Shown here piece by piece: positions 44,982-54,660 of a stretch of DNA of 64,000 bases (within the stretch, counting starts at the first letter, position 1; every line of letters begins with the position of its first letter). The stretch covers positions 256,001 through 320,000 of the forward strand of contig CBDAOB010000004.1 of NCBI GenBank assembly GCA_965197905.1. Reading direction: 5' to 3'. Position numbers and translations under genes: made by a program. Source of the DNA: Candidatus Latescibacterota bacterium. Lineage in GTDB: Bacteria; Latescibacterota; UBA2968; UBA8231. The notes under the pieces were generated by a model that was not told where the DNA came from, made no database searches, and was given only the letters and a program-made list of their open reading frames with translations.

Positions 44982-45908
44982 ATGAAAATCGCTGTGGTTG
45001 GTGCGGGCGCGATGGGCTCGATCTACGCAGGTCTGCTCGCTGACGCGGGAAACGAAGTATGGGTGGTGGACAAGTGGAAGGATCACATCGATGCGATACG
45101 CAAGAATGGACTCCGGGTCGCGGGGGCCAGCGGCGATCGCGTGGCCAAGGTGCAAGCGACCACCGAGACCGGCGACGTGGGTGAGGTGGAGCTCCTCATC
45201 ATTGCTACCAAAGCGATGCACGCCGAGGCGGCGGCCGCCAGCGCTCGTTCGCTGCTGACGCTGGAATCCACTGTGCTCACCATACAGAACGGTCTTGGGA
45301 GCGTCGAAAAAGTCGCCAATGCTCTGGAGTTGGAAAGCGTAATCACCGGCGTCGCTGGAGGTTTCGGGGCCTCGGTGGTCGGGCCTGGACACGTGCACCA
45401 CAACGCCATGCAGCTCATCCGTCTCGGTGAAGCCAACGGACCGATCAGTCCGCGCCTGGAGCGTTTGACCGAGGTATGGAGCGCTGCCGGTTTCAACGTA
45501 AAGGCCTTCGACAATATCGATCAGCTGGTGTGGGAGAAACTGATCTGTAATGTTACCTATAGCGGTCCGTGCACGGTGTTGGAATGGACCATCGGTGACG
45601 TCATCGCCGACCCTTCGATGTGGAAGGTCGCCTCCGGTTGCGCTGTCGAAGCTTTTGAGGTGGCCGGCGCCCTTTCGATCGCGCTGAGTTTCGACGATCC
45701 GGTGCAGTACGTAAGAGATTTCGGGGCCCAGATGCCCGCCGCGGTTCCGTCGGTGCTGCTGGACTTTCGTGCCGGAAGGAAGTCGGAGATCGAAGTGATC
45801 AACGGCTCCATCCCGCGGATGGCAGCAACGGTCGATATGCGGGCGCCGTACAACGAGGCGATTACCGCACTCGTTCTAGCCAAAGAAAGCGTCACTACTG
45901 GCGCCTAG
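44982..45908 (+). CDS. panE: 2-dehydropantoate 2-reductase (ketopantoate reductase family)
   Basis: GAGAMG, ATK, IQNGLG, WEKL..N, S...D, SEIE.ING. Confidence 0.85.
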   Translation: MKIAVVGAGAMGSIYAGLLADAGNEVWVVDKWKDHIDAIRKNGLRVAGASGDRVAKVQATTETGDVGEVELLIIATKAMHAEAAAASARSLLTLESTVLTIQNGLGSVEKVANALELESVITGVAGGFGASVVGPGHVHHNAMQLIRLGEANGPISPRLERLTEVWSAAGFNVKAFDNIDQLVWEKLICNVTYSGPCTVLEWTIGDVIADPSMWKVASGCAVEAFEVAGALSIALSFDDPVQYVRDFGAQMPAAVPSVLLDFRAGRKSEIEVINGSIPRMAATVDMRAPYNEAITALVLAKESVTTGA

Positions 45909-45932
45909 GGCCCACGCTGAGACCACTAACAA

Positions 45933-47063
45933 ATGAAGATCACCAAAATCAAAACCGCTGAAGCCAGCGGGCACGGCTTTTCCACCTTCGTCAAGATCTT
46001 CACCGACGAGGGTGTGGTGGGTGTAGGAGAGTGCATCCACGGCGGCGATGGCTGCAGCCGGCTGATCGAAGACATGGCCGGCATCATCACGGGCGAGGAT
46101 CCACTGGATGTCGATCGTCTCATAGAAACGATTCGTCGTGCCTATCTGTTCAACGGCGCCATGGCTGGGAACGCAGTTACCGCCATGACCGGGATCGAGA
46201 TCGCGTTGTGGGATCTGGCCGGCAAGGCGTTGGACCTGCCGGTCTATCGCCTGCTGGGCGGCAAGTTCCGCGACCGGATCCGGCTTTACTGCGACTGCCA
46301 CGCCGGCGCCGACGACTCGCCCGAGTCCTATGCGCGGCGGGCAAAAGAGATCGTGGCGATGGGGTTCGATGCGATCAAGTTCGACATTGACGACGCCAAC
46401 AGTCCGCACAAGCTGGACCGCTACAATTGGTCGGTTTCACCAAGCGAGCTGGCGCAGATGGTCGACCGGGTAACGGCGGTGCGCGAGGCGATTGGTCCGG
46501 GTGTCGATCTGGCTATCGATATGCACGGGCGTTACGATATCTCCGCCGGAATCAGGGTCGCCCAGGCCCTGGAGCCGTTTGACCTGATGTGGTTGGAAGA
46601 GCCGGTGCCGCCCGAAAACATCGATGCCATGCGGGAGGTGAAACGCTGCACCCGAACACCGATCTGCGCTGGCGAAAACCTCTACACCCGGTGGGGATTC
46701 CGGGAGCTTATCGAGAAACAGGCGGTAGATGTGATCATGCCGGATCTACCCAAGTGCGGCGGCCTTTCTGAGGGGCGCAAGATCGCCAACCATGCCGAAA
46801 CCTATTACCTCCCGTTTGCGCCCCACAACGTCTGCGGTCCGCTGGGAACCATCGCCTCCTGCCATTGCTGTGCCTCCATTCCCAACTTTCTGGTACTGGA
46901 GTGGCACTGGGTCGACCGGCCGCACTGGCACGAGCTGGTGCTCGCAGATCCGCCGCTGATCCAGGACGGCTACATCGTGTTGCAGGAGGGACCGGGTTTG
47001 GGAGTGGAGTTGAATGAAGAAGCGCTGGCGGCCTACGCACGGGACGACCGGCCGATATTCTAG
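45933..47063 (+). CDS. Mandelate racemase/muconate lactonizing enzyme family (sugar-acid dehydratase-like)
   Basis: IALWDLAGK, KFD, IDMH, WLEEP, AGEN, APHN, PGLGVE. Confidence 0.9.
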   Translation: MKITKIKTAEASGHGFSTFVKIFTDEGVVGVGECIHGGDGCSRLIEDMAGIITGEDPLDVDRLIETIRRAYLFNGAMAGNAVTAMTGIEIALWDLAGKALDLPVYRLLGGKFRDRIRLYCDCHAGADDSPESYARRAKEIVAMGFDAIKFDIDDANSPHKLDRYNWSVSPSELAQMVDRVTAVREAIGPGVDLAIDMHGRYDISAGIRVAQALEPFDLMWLEEPVPPENIDAMREVKRCTRTPICAGENLYTRWGFRELIEKQAVDVIMPDLPKCGGLSEGRKIANHAETYYLPFAPHNVCGPLGTIASCHCCASIPNFLVLEWHWVDRPHWHELVLADPPLIQDGYIVLQEGPGLGVELNEEALAAYARDDRPIF

Positions 47064-47947
47064 CGAACCGGGGCGTTTTGTTTCCAGCGAAACCCAGGGT
47101 CGGATACGCTGTACGGCCAGCTGGCGCCACCTTGATGATGGAAGTCTTCTTCGCGGCCGCATAACCACAGAAACAGCTCGGCAACGCGGGGTACCGATTG
47201 CCATATCCTTGTCGCATCGGCGAAATACTCGCTCTCGAATTGGTAGTCAGCGCGCGCGAGATCGAAGCCTTCGTCCAGGATCCAGTCTCGCTGTGGTGGA
47301 ACTGTCCGCCAACAATCCCACTTCAGCAAATTGCGCACTCCATCCGCTCGTTTCCGCGGTTGGCGGTGCCATATGGAATAGGCCGTAAAGAAAACGGAAC
47401 CGGCAGGGGATTCGGTCATCAGCTGTCCGGCCAGATGACCAAAATGCTCCAGCTCCTCGCGGGCGATGGGAACCAGATGGGAACCGGGCAGGAACAGGGT
47501 GGGTCCCATCTCCGTGGTGGCGTCTTTGGGATAGTAGAAGATCTGCAGCATTTTGAGCGTACGTTCGAATTTCGAACCGGCATCCACATGCCACGGTCGT
47601 TCCGCCTTCGGTCCCTCCAACCGGTGATTGGCCAGCCAGTCGGGCAGCTGGAAACGCTCGCCCAGGAGGGAGCGCGTGACACCGGCCACTTCAGGGTGGA
47701 GCAGCACTTCGCGAACGAACCGTTCCTCAGCCAAGAGGTTGTTTTGGACGGCCACAAGGGGGTCGCGGTCGACTTCCTTGTCCACGAACCCGGCCACCCA
47801 TTCATTGGTCGATTCGGGAATGACCGCCTCCAGCTTCAGCATACCAGTCTTGCAGAACTCGAGCACCTCACTGTCGGTGAGGGTTGGTGCGATACCTTCC
47901 TCTGCCAGTTGCACCGTCCTGTTTTCCGGCCTCAGCAGTTGGGTCAT
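47060..47947 (-). CDS. PhyH family dioxygenase
   Basis: WHVD, MGPTLFLPGSH, IWHR. Confidence 0.82.
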   Translation of the reverse strand: MTQLLRPENRTVQLAEEGIAPTLTDSEVLEFCKTGMLKLEAVIPESTNEWVAGFVDKEVDRDPLVAVQNNLLAEERFVREVLLHPEVAGVTRSLLGERFQLPDWLANHRLEGPKAERPWHVDAGSKFERTLKMLQIFYYPKDATTEMGPTLFLPGSHLVPIAREELEHFGHLAGQLMTESPAGSVFFTAYSIWHRQPRKRADGVRNLLKWDCWRTVPPQRDWILDEGFDLARADYQFESEYFADATRIWQSVPRVAELFLWLCGREEDFHHQGGASWPYSVSDPGFRWKQNAPVR

Positions 47948-48306
47948 GGCTCACCGAATCTTTCCAGAATAAATTCGCAGATGACGTGGTGGTCCTGCGA
48001 ATGGGTTGCCGGAATCTCAGCGGGGAAACGTATCACCCGCCACCCTTCGGCAATGGCCGCTGCAACGGTTTTATAAGGCCAGCTCTCGTAGTCAGCCGGA
48101 CCGTCGTCGATCTTGCCTTGCCGCAGCATGGTCATACCGATCACTTTGGATGCCACGGAGGTGGTTACGGTCTGCAGGTAGAGCAGATCTTGAATGGGGT
48201 CGGACCGTCGCAGTCGCGTTTCGACGGCGCACAGTTGGTCTTCGCTGAGGGCACCTTTCCTGAAGGAGGCCAGACATTCTTGCAGCAATTCGACTGCACT
48301 TGGCAT
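47944..48306 (-). CDS. Small hypothetical protein translationally coupled to a PhyH gene
   Basis: GAGGA SD; ATGA overlap with the PhyH gene; motif PYKTVAAAIAEGWRVIRFP. Confidence 0.72.
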   Translation of the reverse strand: MPSAVELLQECLASFRKGALSEDQLCAVETRLRRSDPIQDLLYLQTVTTSVASKVIGMTMLRQGKIDDGPADYESWPYKTVAAAIAEGWRVIRFPAEIPATHSQDHHVICEFILERFGEP

Positions 48307-48490
48307 GTTCAGTCCTCGCGAAGAGAATCGGAACCCAAAAACGCTTCGGATGTCGGATTTAGCGGAGTATACCCCCTTGAGCGCCTACCTGCAAACGATA
48401 TGTCGGGTCAATCCGCCCGACCGGAAGGCGTCGACGGTATGGAATTGGGCAAACGCTGTTCTATATTCGCTTACATCAACGAGGTGAACA

Positions 48491-49522
48491 ATGAAGATCG
48501 CATTTTCAACACTAATGCTGGTGGCGCTGAATGGTCAGGCAAGTGCCGAAACGGAGACGGCCACCTTCGCTGGCGGCTGCTTCTGGTGTACCGAGGCCTC
48601 TTTTGAGAAAGTAGAAGGGGTGAGTAATGTTGTCTCGGGATATATGGGAGGCCCAGAGAAGAACCCCACCTACAAGCAGGTCTCTTCGGGAGGAACGGGG
48701 CACCTGGAGGTGGTTCGGGTGACCTACGACCCGGAAGTTATCAGCTATGCCGGAATATTACGCGCTTTTTGGATGATGTACGACCCCACCGACGCCGGTG
48801 GCTCGTTCTACGACCGCGGCACCCAACACACCTCGGCGGTCTTCTACCACAACGACAGACAAAAGTCGCTGGCGGAGGTTTCCAAGCAGGAACTGGATGG
48901 ATCCGGCCGCTTCTCCGACCCGATCGTCACCCCGATTCGCGCGGCCGAGACCTTCTATCCCGCAGAGGAGTACCACCAGGACTATTACAAGAAGAACCGG
49001 GCACACTACCAGCGTTACCGGACAGGTTCGGGCCGCGATCGTTTTATCGCGGAGCATTGGGGAGATCTGGACAAGAATCAGGCGCAATATTCGAAACCGC
49101 CCGACGCGGTCCTGAAGAAGAAGCTTACCGACCTTCAGTACCGGGTCACGCAGCGCGAAGGCACCGAGGCGCCGTTCGACAACACTTACTGGGACAACAA
49201 GGCCGTCGGGATCTACGTCGACGTTGTTTCGGGGGAACCTTTGTTCAGCTCGACGGATAAATACAGATCTGGTACCGGCTGGCCGAGCTTTACACGCCCG
49301 CTGGTGGCGGACAACGTTGAGGAAAAAACCGATTTCAAACTCATACTTCCGCGTACCGAGGTGCGTAGCAAAAATGGCGATTCCCACTTGGGGCACCTGT
49401 TCGAGGACGGTCCTGAGCCGACCGGCCTGCGTTACTGCATCAACTCTGCCGCCCTGCGGTTCGTGCCCCGCGAAAAGCTGGCCGATGAAGGGTACGACGA
49501 ATTCCTGAAGCTCTTTGAGTGA
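48491..49522 (+). CDS. msrAB: Secreted bifunctional methionine sulfoxide reductase MsrA-MsrB
   Basis: Signal peptide; [17 protein letters not shown] (MsrA); [23 protein letters not shown] (MsrB). Confidence 0.95.
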   Translation: MKIAFSTLMLVALNGQASAETETATFAGGCFWCTEASFEKVEGVSNVVSGYMGGPEKNPTYKQVSSGGTGHLEVVRVTYDPEVISYAGILRAFWMMYDPTDAGGSFYDRGTQHTSAVFYHNDRQKSLAEVSKQELDGSGRFSDPIVTPIRAAETFYPAEEYHQDYYKKNRAHYQRYRTGSGRDRFIAEHWGDLDKNQAQYSKPPDAVLKKKLTDLQYRVTQREGTEAPFDNTYWDNKAVGIYVDVVSGEPLFSSTDKYRSGTGWPSFTRPLVADNVEEKTDFKLILPRTEVRSKNGDSHLGHLFEDGPEPTGLRYCINSAALRFVPREKLADEGYDEFLKLFE

Positions 49523-49580
49523 ACCTCCGATGCCGTTTTCGCGGTGTCCCGCTTTGATTTGCGGGAAGCCAGGAGATTGA

Positions 49581-50321
49581 ATGAATCCAACCAAACGTAA
49601 TCTTCTAATCACGGGCGGTGCCGGTAACGTCGCCACCTTTCTGCGCCAACACTGGGGGGAGCGGCACACCTTACGACTGGCAGATATCCGGCCGGTCGAG
49701 GATTTATCTTCACATGAGGAAGCAGTGGAGTTCGACATAAGTGATCTCGAGGCTTTTACCAAAGCTTGTGAGGGTATCGACACGGTGGTGCACCTGGCGG
49801 CAGATCCGAGCCCGCGGGCCGACTTCTATGAAAGCCTCCTGCAGCGCAACGTGATCGGCGCCTACAACGGCTTCGAAGCGGCCCGACGTGCCGGCTGCCG
49901 GCGGTTGGTGTTCGCTTCCAGTATCAACGCCGTGTCGGGTTACGATCGGAGCCGCACACCGGTTGATTGGGATGCTCCAGTTTACCCTTCCAACGTATAC
50001 GGTGCCACCAAATGCTGGGGCGAGGCGCTGGCTCGCGTCTATTCGCACACACACGGTCTCTCCTGCCTCTGCGTGCGCCTTACCCGTCCCAGGTTCCGCC
50101 AGGACGACTTCGATCCCGCGGCCGATTTCCATGGGGTGAGCGCGCGCGATACCGCCCAGGTTTTCCTCCGCTGCGTAGAAGCCCCCGACGATGTGAAATT
50201 CGGCATCGTACACGGCGTGTCGGAGCACGAGGGATACTGGTTCCAGGTCAGCGCTTCCGATGAGCGCATTGGCTTCGAACCGCAAGACGGCACAGCGTTT
50301 CCGAAAACCGGCGATACGTGA
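49581..50321 (+). CDS. NAD-dependent epimerase/dehydratase (uronate-dehydrogenase-like)
   Basis: ITGGAGNV, VVHLA, VFASS, YGATK. Confidence 0.87.
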   Translation: MNPTKRNLLITGGAGNVATFLRQHWGERHTLRLADIRPVEDLSSHEEAVEFDISDLEAFTKACEGIDTVVHLAADPSPRADFYESLLQRNVIGAYNGFEAARRAGCRRLVFASSINAVSGYDRSRTPVDWDAPVYPSNVYGATKCWGEALARVYSHTHGLSCLCVRLTRPRFRQDDFDPAADFHGVSARDTAQVFLRCVEAPDDVKFGIVHGVSEHEGYWFQVSASDERIGFEPQDGTAFPKTGDT

Positions 50322-50393
50322 GCGGGGCGATCGTATCTCTGATCGCGGACGTTTCGAGGATGTCGGTATTACTGCATCAATGAGGGGAAAAAG

Positions 50394-50768
50394 GTGAAGC
50401 GGAAAAACATTCAATCGGGCGGGGAGTTCGAGAACACCTTCGGCTACTGTCGCGCCGTTCGCGTCGGCGATCAGATTCACGTCGCCGGCACCTGCGCCCA
50501 GCCTCCGCACGAGAACGGCGATGCCTACGAACAGGCGAAGGGCGCATTGGGTATCATCGGAAAAGCGCTGAGCGAAGCTGGAGCCGGCTTCGAGCACGTG
50601 GTCCGCACCGTCGTCTATATCACCGACACCAAACACGCGGATGGGGTCACCCGCGCCCATTCGGAAACCTTTGACGCGATTCGGCCAGCCTCGACGATGG
50701 TGGTCGTAGCGGAGCTGCTCAAACCGAATCTGGTGGTGGAGATCGAAGCGTACGCTCTGCTGAGCTGA
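50394..50768 (+). CDS. RidA/YjgF family protein
   Basis: GYCRAVRVG, VVRT, RPASTMV, VEIEA. Confidence 0.9.
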   Translation: MKRKNIQSGGEFENTFGYCRAVRVGDQIHVAGTCAQPPHENGDAYEQAKGALGIIGKALSEAGAGFEHVVRTVVYITDTKHADGVTRAHSETFDAIRPASTMVVVAELLKPNLVVEIEAYALLS

Positions 50769-50801
50769 GAAGGTGTCCTAGGGAGGGGTGCTCTGTCGCG
50801 C

Positions 50802-51827
50802 CTACTGTTTCTCGGCGACTTCGCTCAAAACAGCTGACGCGCGCTGCCCCAGCGCAGAATCGGGTTCTCGCCGAGCAATTCGTTTGAGCGAATATTGCGC
50901 CGCTTCGTCGCCCAGCCGTCCCAGCTCCAACGATTCCTCGAACGCCTGCTCGCGCCACTTCGTCATATACGGCAAGATCTCCAGCCCTTTGTCCCGCCAG
51001 TAATACTGAAACTCCTCGCCGTCCCAGCTTTCGTAGATCTCTTCCCAGGACAACGGACTTATGGAGTTCAGATGGGGCTCCAGCATGAACTCGGAGATCG
51101 GCACGTCCAGGGGCTGGTAGCGATTGTCCAGGGAAATGCGCAGCCGGTCTTTGGTGTAGTTGGGCAGCGCCCGGTGTACGGTCAGGCTGGGAAAGATCAG
51201 GACGTCGCCAAGCTCGTAGTCGGTGCTGTGCCATTCACCATCCAGCTCGCTCTCCTCGATGGCCAGACCCCCCGCGCCGAGCGAGAAGTGATGGTCCATT
51301 ACGCGGTCGATCTTGTGGGAGCCAGGCACCAACGCCAAGCCTCCCAGCTCGATGGGCCAGTCGCCGATCGGCGCCCAAAAGGTGAGCGTGTCCAGGCTGC
51401 CCTGAAAATGCACGAAGTCCTGATGCATGGGAGTGGTATGCTCCAGGTACTGGGGAAACCAGAGGCGAGCGATCTTTTTGGGATGGGGAAGGGATTCGCG
51501 GCCGACCGCCTTGGCCATGATATCCATCACTTCGGGCTGGTGGGCGGATTCGTGGAACGACTGCAGGCGGTAGACCTGGTGATAGCCGTCGATGTACTCG
51601 GGATCGCCCTCGGTGCACTGGGCATCGAGGGCGATCCCATCCATGGGATCCGTGCCTTCCGCCAACCAGCCGACCCGCATCAGTGCCTCCATGACCTCCC
51701 GGCGCAAGACCAGCAGCTTCTCCGGATCCTGTATTCTCCTCAGATACAGATATCCCTCTTCCGCAAGCCGCCGGCGCAGCTCTTCCGGTTCGTTCAGTGC
51801 ATCGTTGGAGGTTTTGAGTTTCTTCAT
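50802..51827 (-). CDS. PhyH family dioxygenase with C-terminal extension
   Basis: EEGYLYLR, MHQD, LVPGSH, VHRALPN, RISLDNRYQ. Confidence 0.85.
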   Translation of the reverse strand: MKKLKTSNDALNEPEELRRRLAEEGYLYLRRIQDPEKLLVLRREVMEALMRVGWLAEGTDPMDGIALDAQCTEGDPEYIDGYHQVYRLQSFHESAHQPEVMDIMAKAVGRESLPHPKKIARLWFPQYLEHTTPMHQDFVHFQGSLDTLTFWAPIGDWPIELGGLALVPGSHKIDRVMDHHFSLGAGGLAIEESELDGEWHSTDYELGDVLIFPSLTVHRALPNYTKDRLRISLDNRYQPLDVPISEFMLEPHLNSISPLSWEEIYESWDGEEFQYYWRDKGLEILPYMTKWREQAFEESLELGRLGDEAAQYSLKRIARREPDSALGQRASAVLSEVAEKQ

Positions 51828-51922
51828 GGTCGAATAGCATAGTAGTTTGGCGGCGAGTTGAAAAGCTCCAGGGTGACAGCCCTCCAGACTATGAAGCTCT
51901 CGATTGCCACTTGCACGACTAC

Positions 51923-51938
51923 CTGAAATTGATTTCAG
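51923..51938. promoter_or_regulatory. Palindromic operator candidate
   Basis: CTGAAAT-TG-ATTTCAG between divergent PhyH and SDR genes. Confidence 0.45.
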
Positions 51939-52012
51939 TAAAAAAACGTCCGCCGGATTGAAATGCAACCAGGGCCGGACGCCGACTAGAGATTTTGTCA
52001 CGGAGAAATAGA

Positions 52013-52777
52013 ATGCTACTCAAAGATCGTGTTGCCATCGTAACCGGCAGTGGCAATGGGATTGGTCGCGCCATTGCCCAGCGCTTTGGGAGGGAGGGGG
52101 CGGCCATTACCGTGGCCGAGCTGGAAGAGGAGCCCGGCCGCGAAACCGCGACCTCCATCGAGGCGGCGGGCGGACGCGCCCTCTTTCACGCCACGGACAC
52201 ATCCGACGACGGTTCGGTCAAAGCGATGGTTGCCGCGACCGTTGAACGCTTCGAAGCGGTCAACGTGCTGGTCAACAATGCCGCCGCCTTCGTCTTCGGC
52301 ACAGTCGAAGAGGTGACAAGGCAGGACTGGGAGAAGGTGTTCGGGGTCAACGTAATTGGCTATGCCAACACCGTGCGCGCCTGTCTGCCGGAATTCCGCA
52401 AGAACGGTGGTGGTGCCGTTGTCAACATTGCGTCGGTTTCGTCGTTCGTTGCTCAACCCGGGTTCGTGCCGTACAACTCCTCCAAGGGAGCCGTCGCACA
52501 GTTGACCCGTTGTCTGGCGATGGATCTGGCGATAGACAACGTGCGGGTAAACGGGATCTGCCCCGGGGCCATTCGAACCCGGGCTACCGACCGGCATATC
52601 GCTTCCCTCGGCCTCGATCCGGAAGCGGCGTACGAAGAGTTCGGGCAGGACGCGCTGATGAAAAGGATGGGAAAACCGGAGGAGATCGCCGCCGGCGCTC
52701 TCTTCCTGGCTTCGGAAGAGGCTTCGTTCATGACCGGGGCTCACATCGTCATCGACGGCGGGGCGACCATCGATTGA
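52013..52777 (+). CDS. Short-chain dehydrogenase/reductase
   Basis: TGSGNGIG, NNAA, YNSSK, ICPG. Confidence 0.93.
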   Translation: MLLKDRVAIVTGSGNGIGRAIAQRFGREGAAITVAELEEEPGRETATSIEAAGGRALFHATDTSDDGSVKAMVAATVERFEAVNVLVNNAAAFVFGTVEEVTRQDWEKVFGVNVIGYANTVRACLPEFRKNGGGAVVNIASVSSFVAQPGFVPYNSSKGAVAQLTRCLAMDLAIDNVRVNGICPGAIRTRATDRHIASLGLDPEAAYEEFGQDALMKRMGKPEEIAAGALFLASEEASFMTGAHIVIDGGATID

Positions 52778-52780
52778 ATG

Positions 52781-53554
52781 CTACTCTGGCGTGACGTACG
52801 CCGCAGTCAGACCGCCATCGACCTTGAACTCTGAACCGGTGATGTAGGATGATTCATCGGAGGCGAGAAACAACGCGGCCTGTGCCATCTCCGCGGCCTC
52901 GCCGAAACGGCCCGTGGGAAGGTGCACCAGGCGGCGCTCCTTCTTGGCGTCGGTGTCGAGGAACTTCATCAACAGCTCAGTGCGCAGCGGTCCAGGACAC
53001 AACGCGTTTACGCGGATCATTTCACGGGCGTGAACCATGGCAAGCTCCCGGGTCAGCGCTAGCACGCCTCCTTTGCTGGCGGTGTATGCCAACTGCGGCG
53101 TCGCGGCACCCATCAACGCGACGAACGAGGCCGTGTTGATGATCGAGCCGCCGCCGGCACGGCGCAGCGCGGGTATACCGAATTTGCAGCCGAGGAACAC
53201 CCCCTTCAGGTTCACCGCCATCGTTAGCTCCCACACCTCTTCGGAGGTGTTGACGGCATCTTCGTCACCGGGGTCCATGATGCCGGCGTTGTTGAACAGC
53301 ACCTGCAGCGCGCCGAACTCCTTCTCGGTCGCGGCCACCATCGCCTCGCAGTCGGCGGACCGGGATACATCGGCGTGCAGGTAGATGGCACGAGCATTCA
53401 TAGCCGTTATCCTGGAGACCGTCTCTTCGCCGCCAGCGTCGTTCATATCGACCGCGGCGACGGCGGCGCCCTCGCGCGCAAAGAGCAGCGCCGATTCGCG
53501 GCCGATGCCGCTGGCCGCTCCCGTTATCAATGCAACTTTACCTTCGAGTCTCAT
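52781..53554 (-). CDS. Short-chain dehydrogenase/reductase
   Basis: TGAASGIG, FNNAG, YTASKG, LCPGP. Confidence 0.93.
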   Translation of the reverse strand: MRLEGKVALITGAASGIGRESALLFAREGAAVAAVDMNDAGGEETVSRITAMNARAIYLHADVSRSADCEAMVAATEKEFGALQVLFNNAGIMDPGDEDAVNTSEEVWELTMAVNLKGVFLGCKFGIPALRRAGGGSIINTASFVALMGAATPQLAYTASKGGVLALTRELAMVHAREMIRVNALCPGPLRTELLMKFLDTDAKKERRLVHLPTGRFGEAAEMAQAALFLASDESSYITGSEFKVDGGLTAAYVTPE

Positions 53555-54426
53555 CAGGACATGTCGTCCGACTCCCAACGATCACAGACGGTGGCACACT
53601 CGGCGGCCACCTCTTGGGCAGTCAGGTCGGTGTTCTTGGACAACGCTTCCACCGTCCAAGCGCCGTCGAAGTTGATCTCCGTCAGGGCGGTACCCAATGC
53701 GGACCAGTCGATGACTCCGCGGCCGGGAACCCAGTGGCAATCCTTCTCCCCGTCCACATCCTGAAGGTGCAGGGCGCATAACCTCTCCGAAGCCACTCGC
53801 GCCTGGTTGGCCGGCTCCAACCCGCAAATGCGGGCGTGCCCCGTATCCAGACACAGCCCGACATGCTCCGGTGGAAACGGGGCGACGAAAGCGCGCAGCT
53901 CCTGCATCGTCATCAGCGGGCGGCAGGCCAATCCGGTGATCGGCAGATTCTCCAGGGCGATTTGCACCTGAGTTTCTCGCGCCACGTCTACCAACTCGGT
54001 TACAGAGCGATACGCATTTTCCATGGCGACACCGATGTTCTGCGGGGCGAACGGTTCCTCGTCGGGTCCCGGTCTGCCGGTGGGATGCACGATGGCGGTT
54101 TGCCCTCCCAGCTCGGCAAAGAACCGCAAGGTGTCGGCTATACGGCCAACACTGGTCCGCCGGACGTCCTCGTTGGAACTGGCGAGATTCACCTCTGACA
54201 TCGGCGTATGCAAAGTGCGAGGCGTGACCGCCGAACGCTCAATGGCCTGGCGAAACGGTTGCGGGTCAGGTGGGCTTCCAGTTTCCCAGAGTTCGCCCTC
54301 GGCCATAAGCTCGGTCTTGCCGAACCCGGCGGCGGCGATGGCGTCGAGCGCCGCATACGGATCGCCGTCCGGTCTGTTCTCCTTGCTGAAGACGAAAAGG
54401 GACGATGCTAGACTGAAAGTGGCCAC
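53554..54426 (-). CDS. Sugar phosphate isomerase/epimerase (xylose-isomerase-like TIM barrel)
   Basis: ALEN, CLDTGH, LHLQD, H..PG.G.IDW, TVE; AGGAG SD before GTG 54426. Confidence 0.85.
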   Translation of the reverse strand: MATFSLASSLFVFSKENRPDGDPYAALDAIAAAGFGKTELMAEGELWETGSPPDPQPFRQAIERSAVTPRTLHTPMSEVNLASSNEDVRRTSVGRIADTLRFFAELGGQTAIVHPTGRPGPDEEPFAPQNIGVAMENAYRSVTELVDVARETQVQIALENLPITGLACRPLMTMQELRAFVAPFPPEHVGLCLDTGHARICGLEPANQARVASERLCALHLQDVDGEKDCHWVPGRGVIDWSALGTALTEINFDGAWTVEALSKNTDLTAQEVAAECATVCDRWESDDMS

Positions 54427-54468
54427 GGAGAATCTCCTGTTTTTGACATCCCACACATTAAGAAATGG

Positions 54469-54497
54469 AACTTACCGAGGACCATATACAAGGTCAA
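54469..54497 (-). promoter_or_regulatory. Sigma70-type promoter for the isomerase-SDR operon
   Basis: Minus strand TTGACC-N17-TAAGTT. Confidence 0.6.
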
Positions 54498-54660
54498 TTT
54501 TTGCATGGGGTGGCAAAAAACGATCTCGGCACTTTCTTCTATTGCGTCGCTTCCCATTGGAGTGGACCACGGTGCCGGCCCTGAACTGAATGTTGAAATC
54601 GTCGATCAAACCGTCACTGACCCTCGCCCTCGTCGCGTCGGGGACCATACTCGAAGAGGA

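Noticed and set aside
44892..45401. N-terminal extension of the aldo/keto reductase (apparent fusion)
   Set aside because: It is the antisense of panE; the true start has an SD at about 44891.
48491..49522. Selenocysteine-containing Msr
   Set aside because: Catalytic residues are ordinary Cys codons in an uninterrupted ORF.
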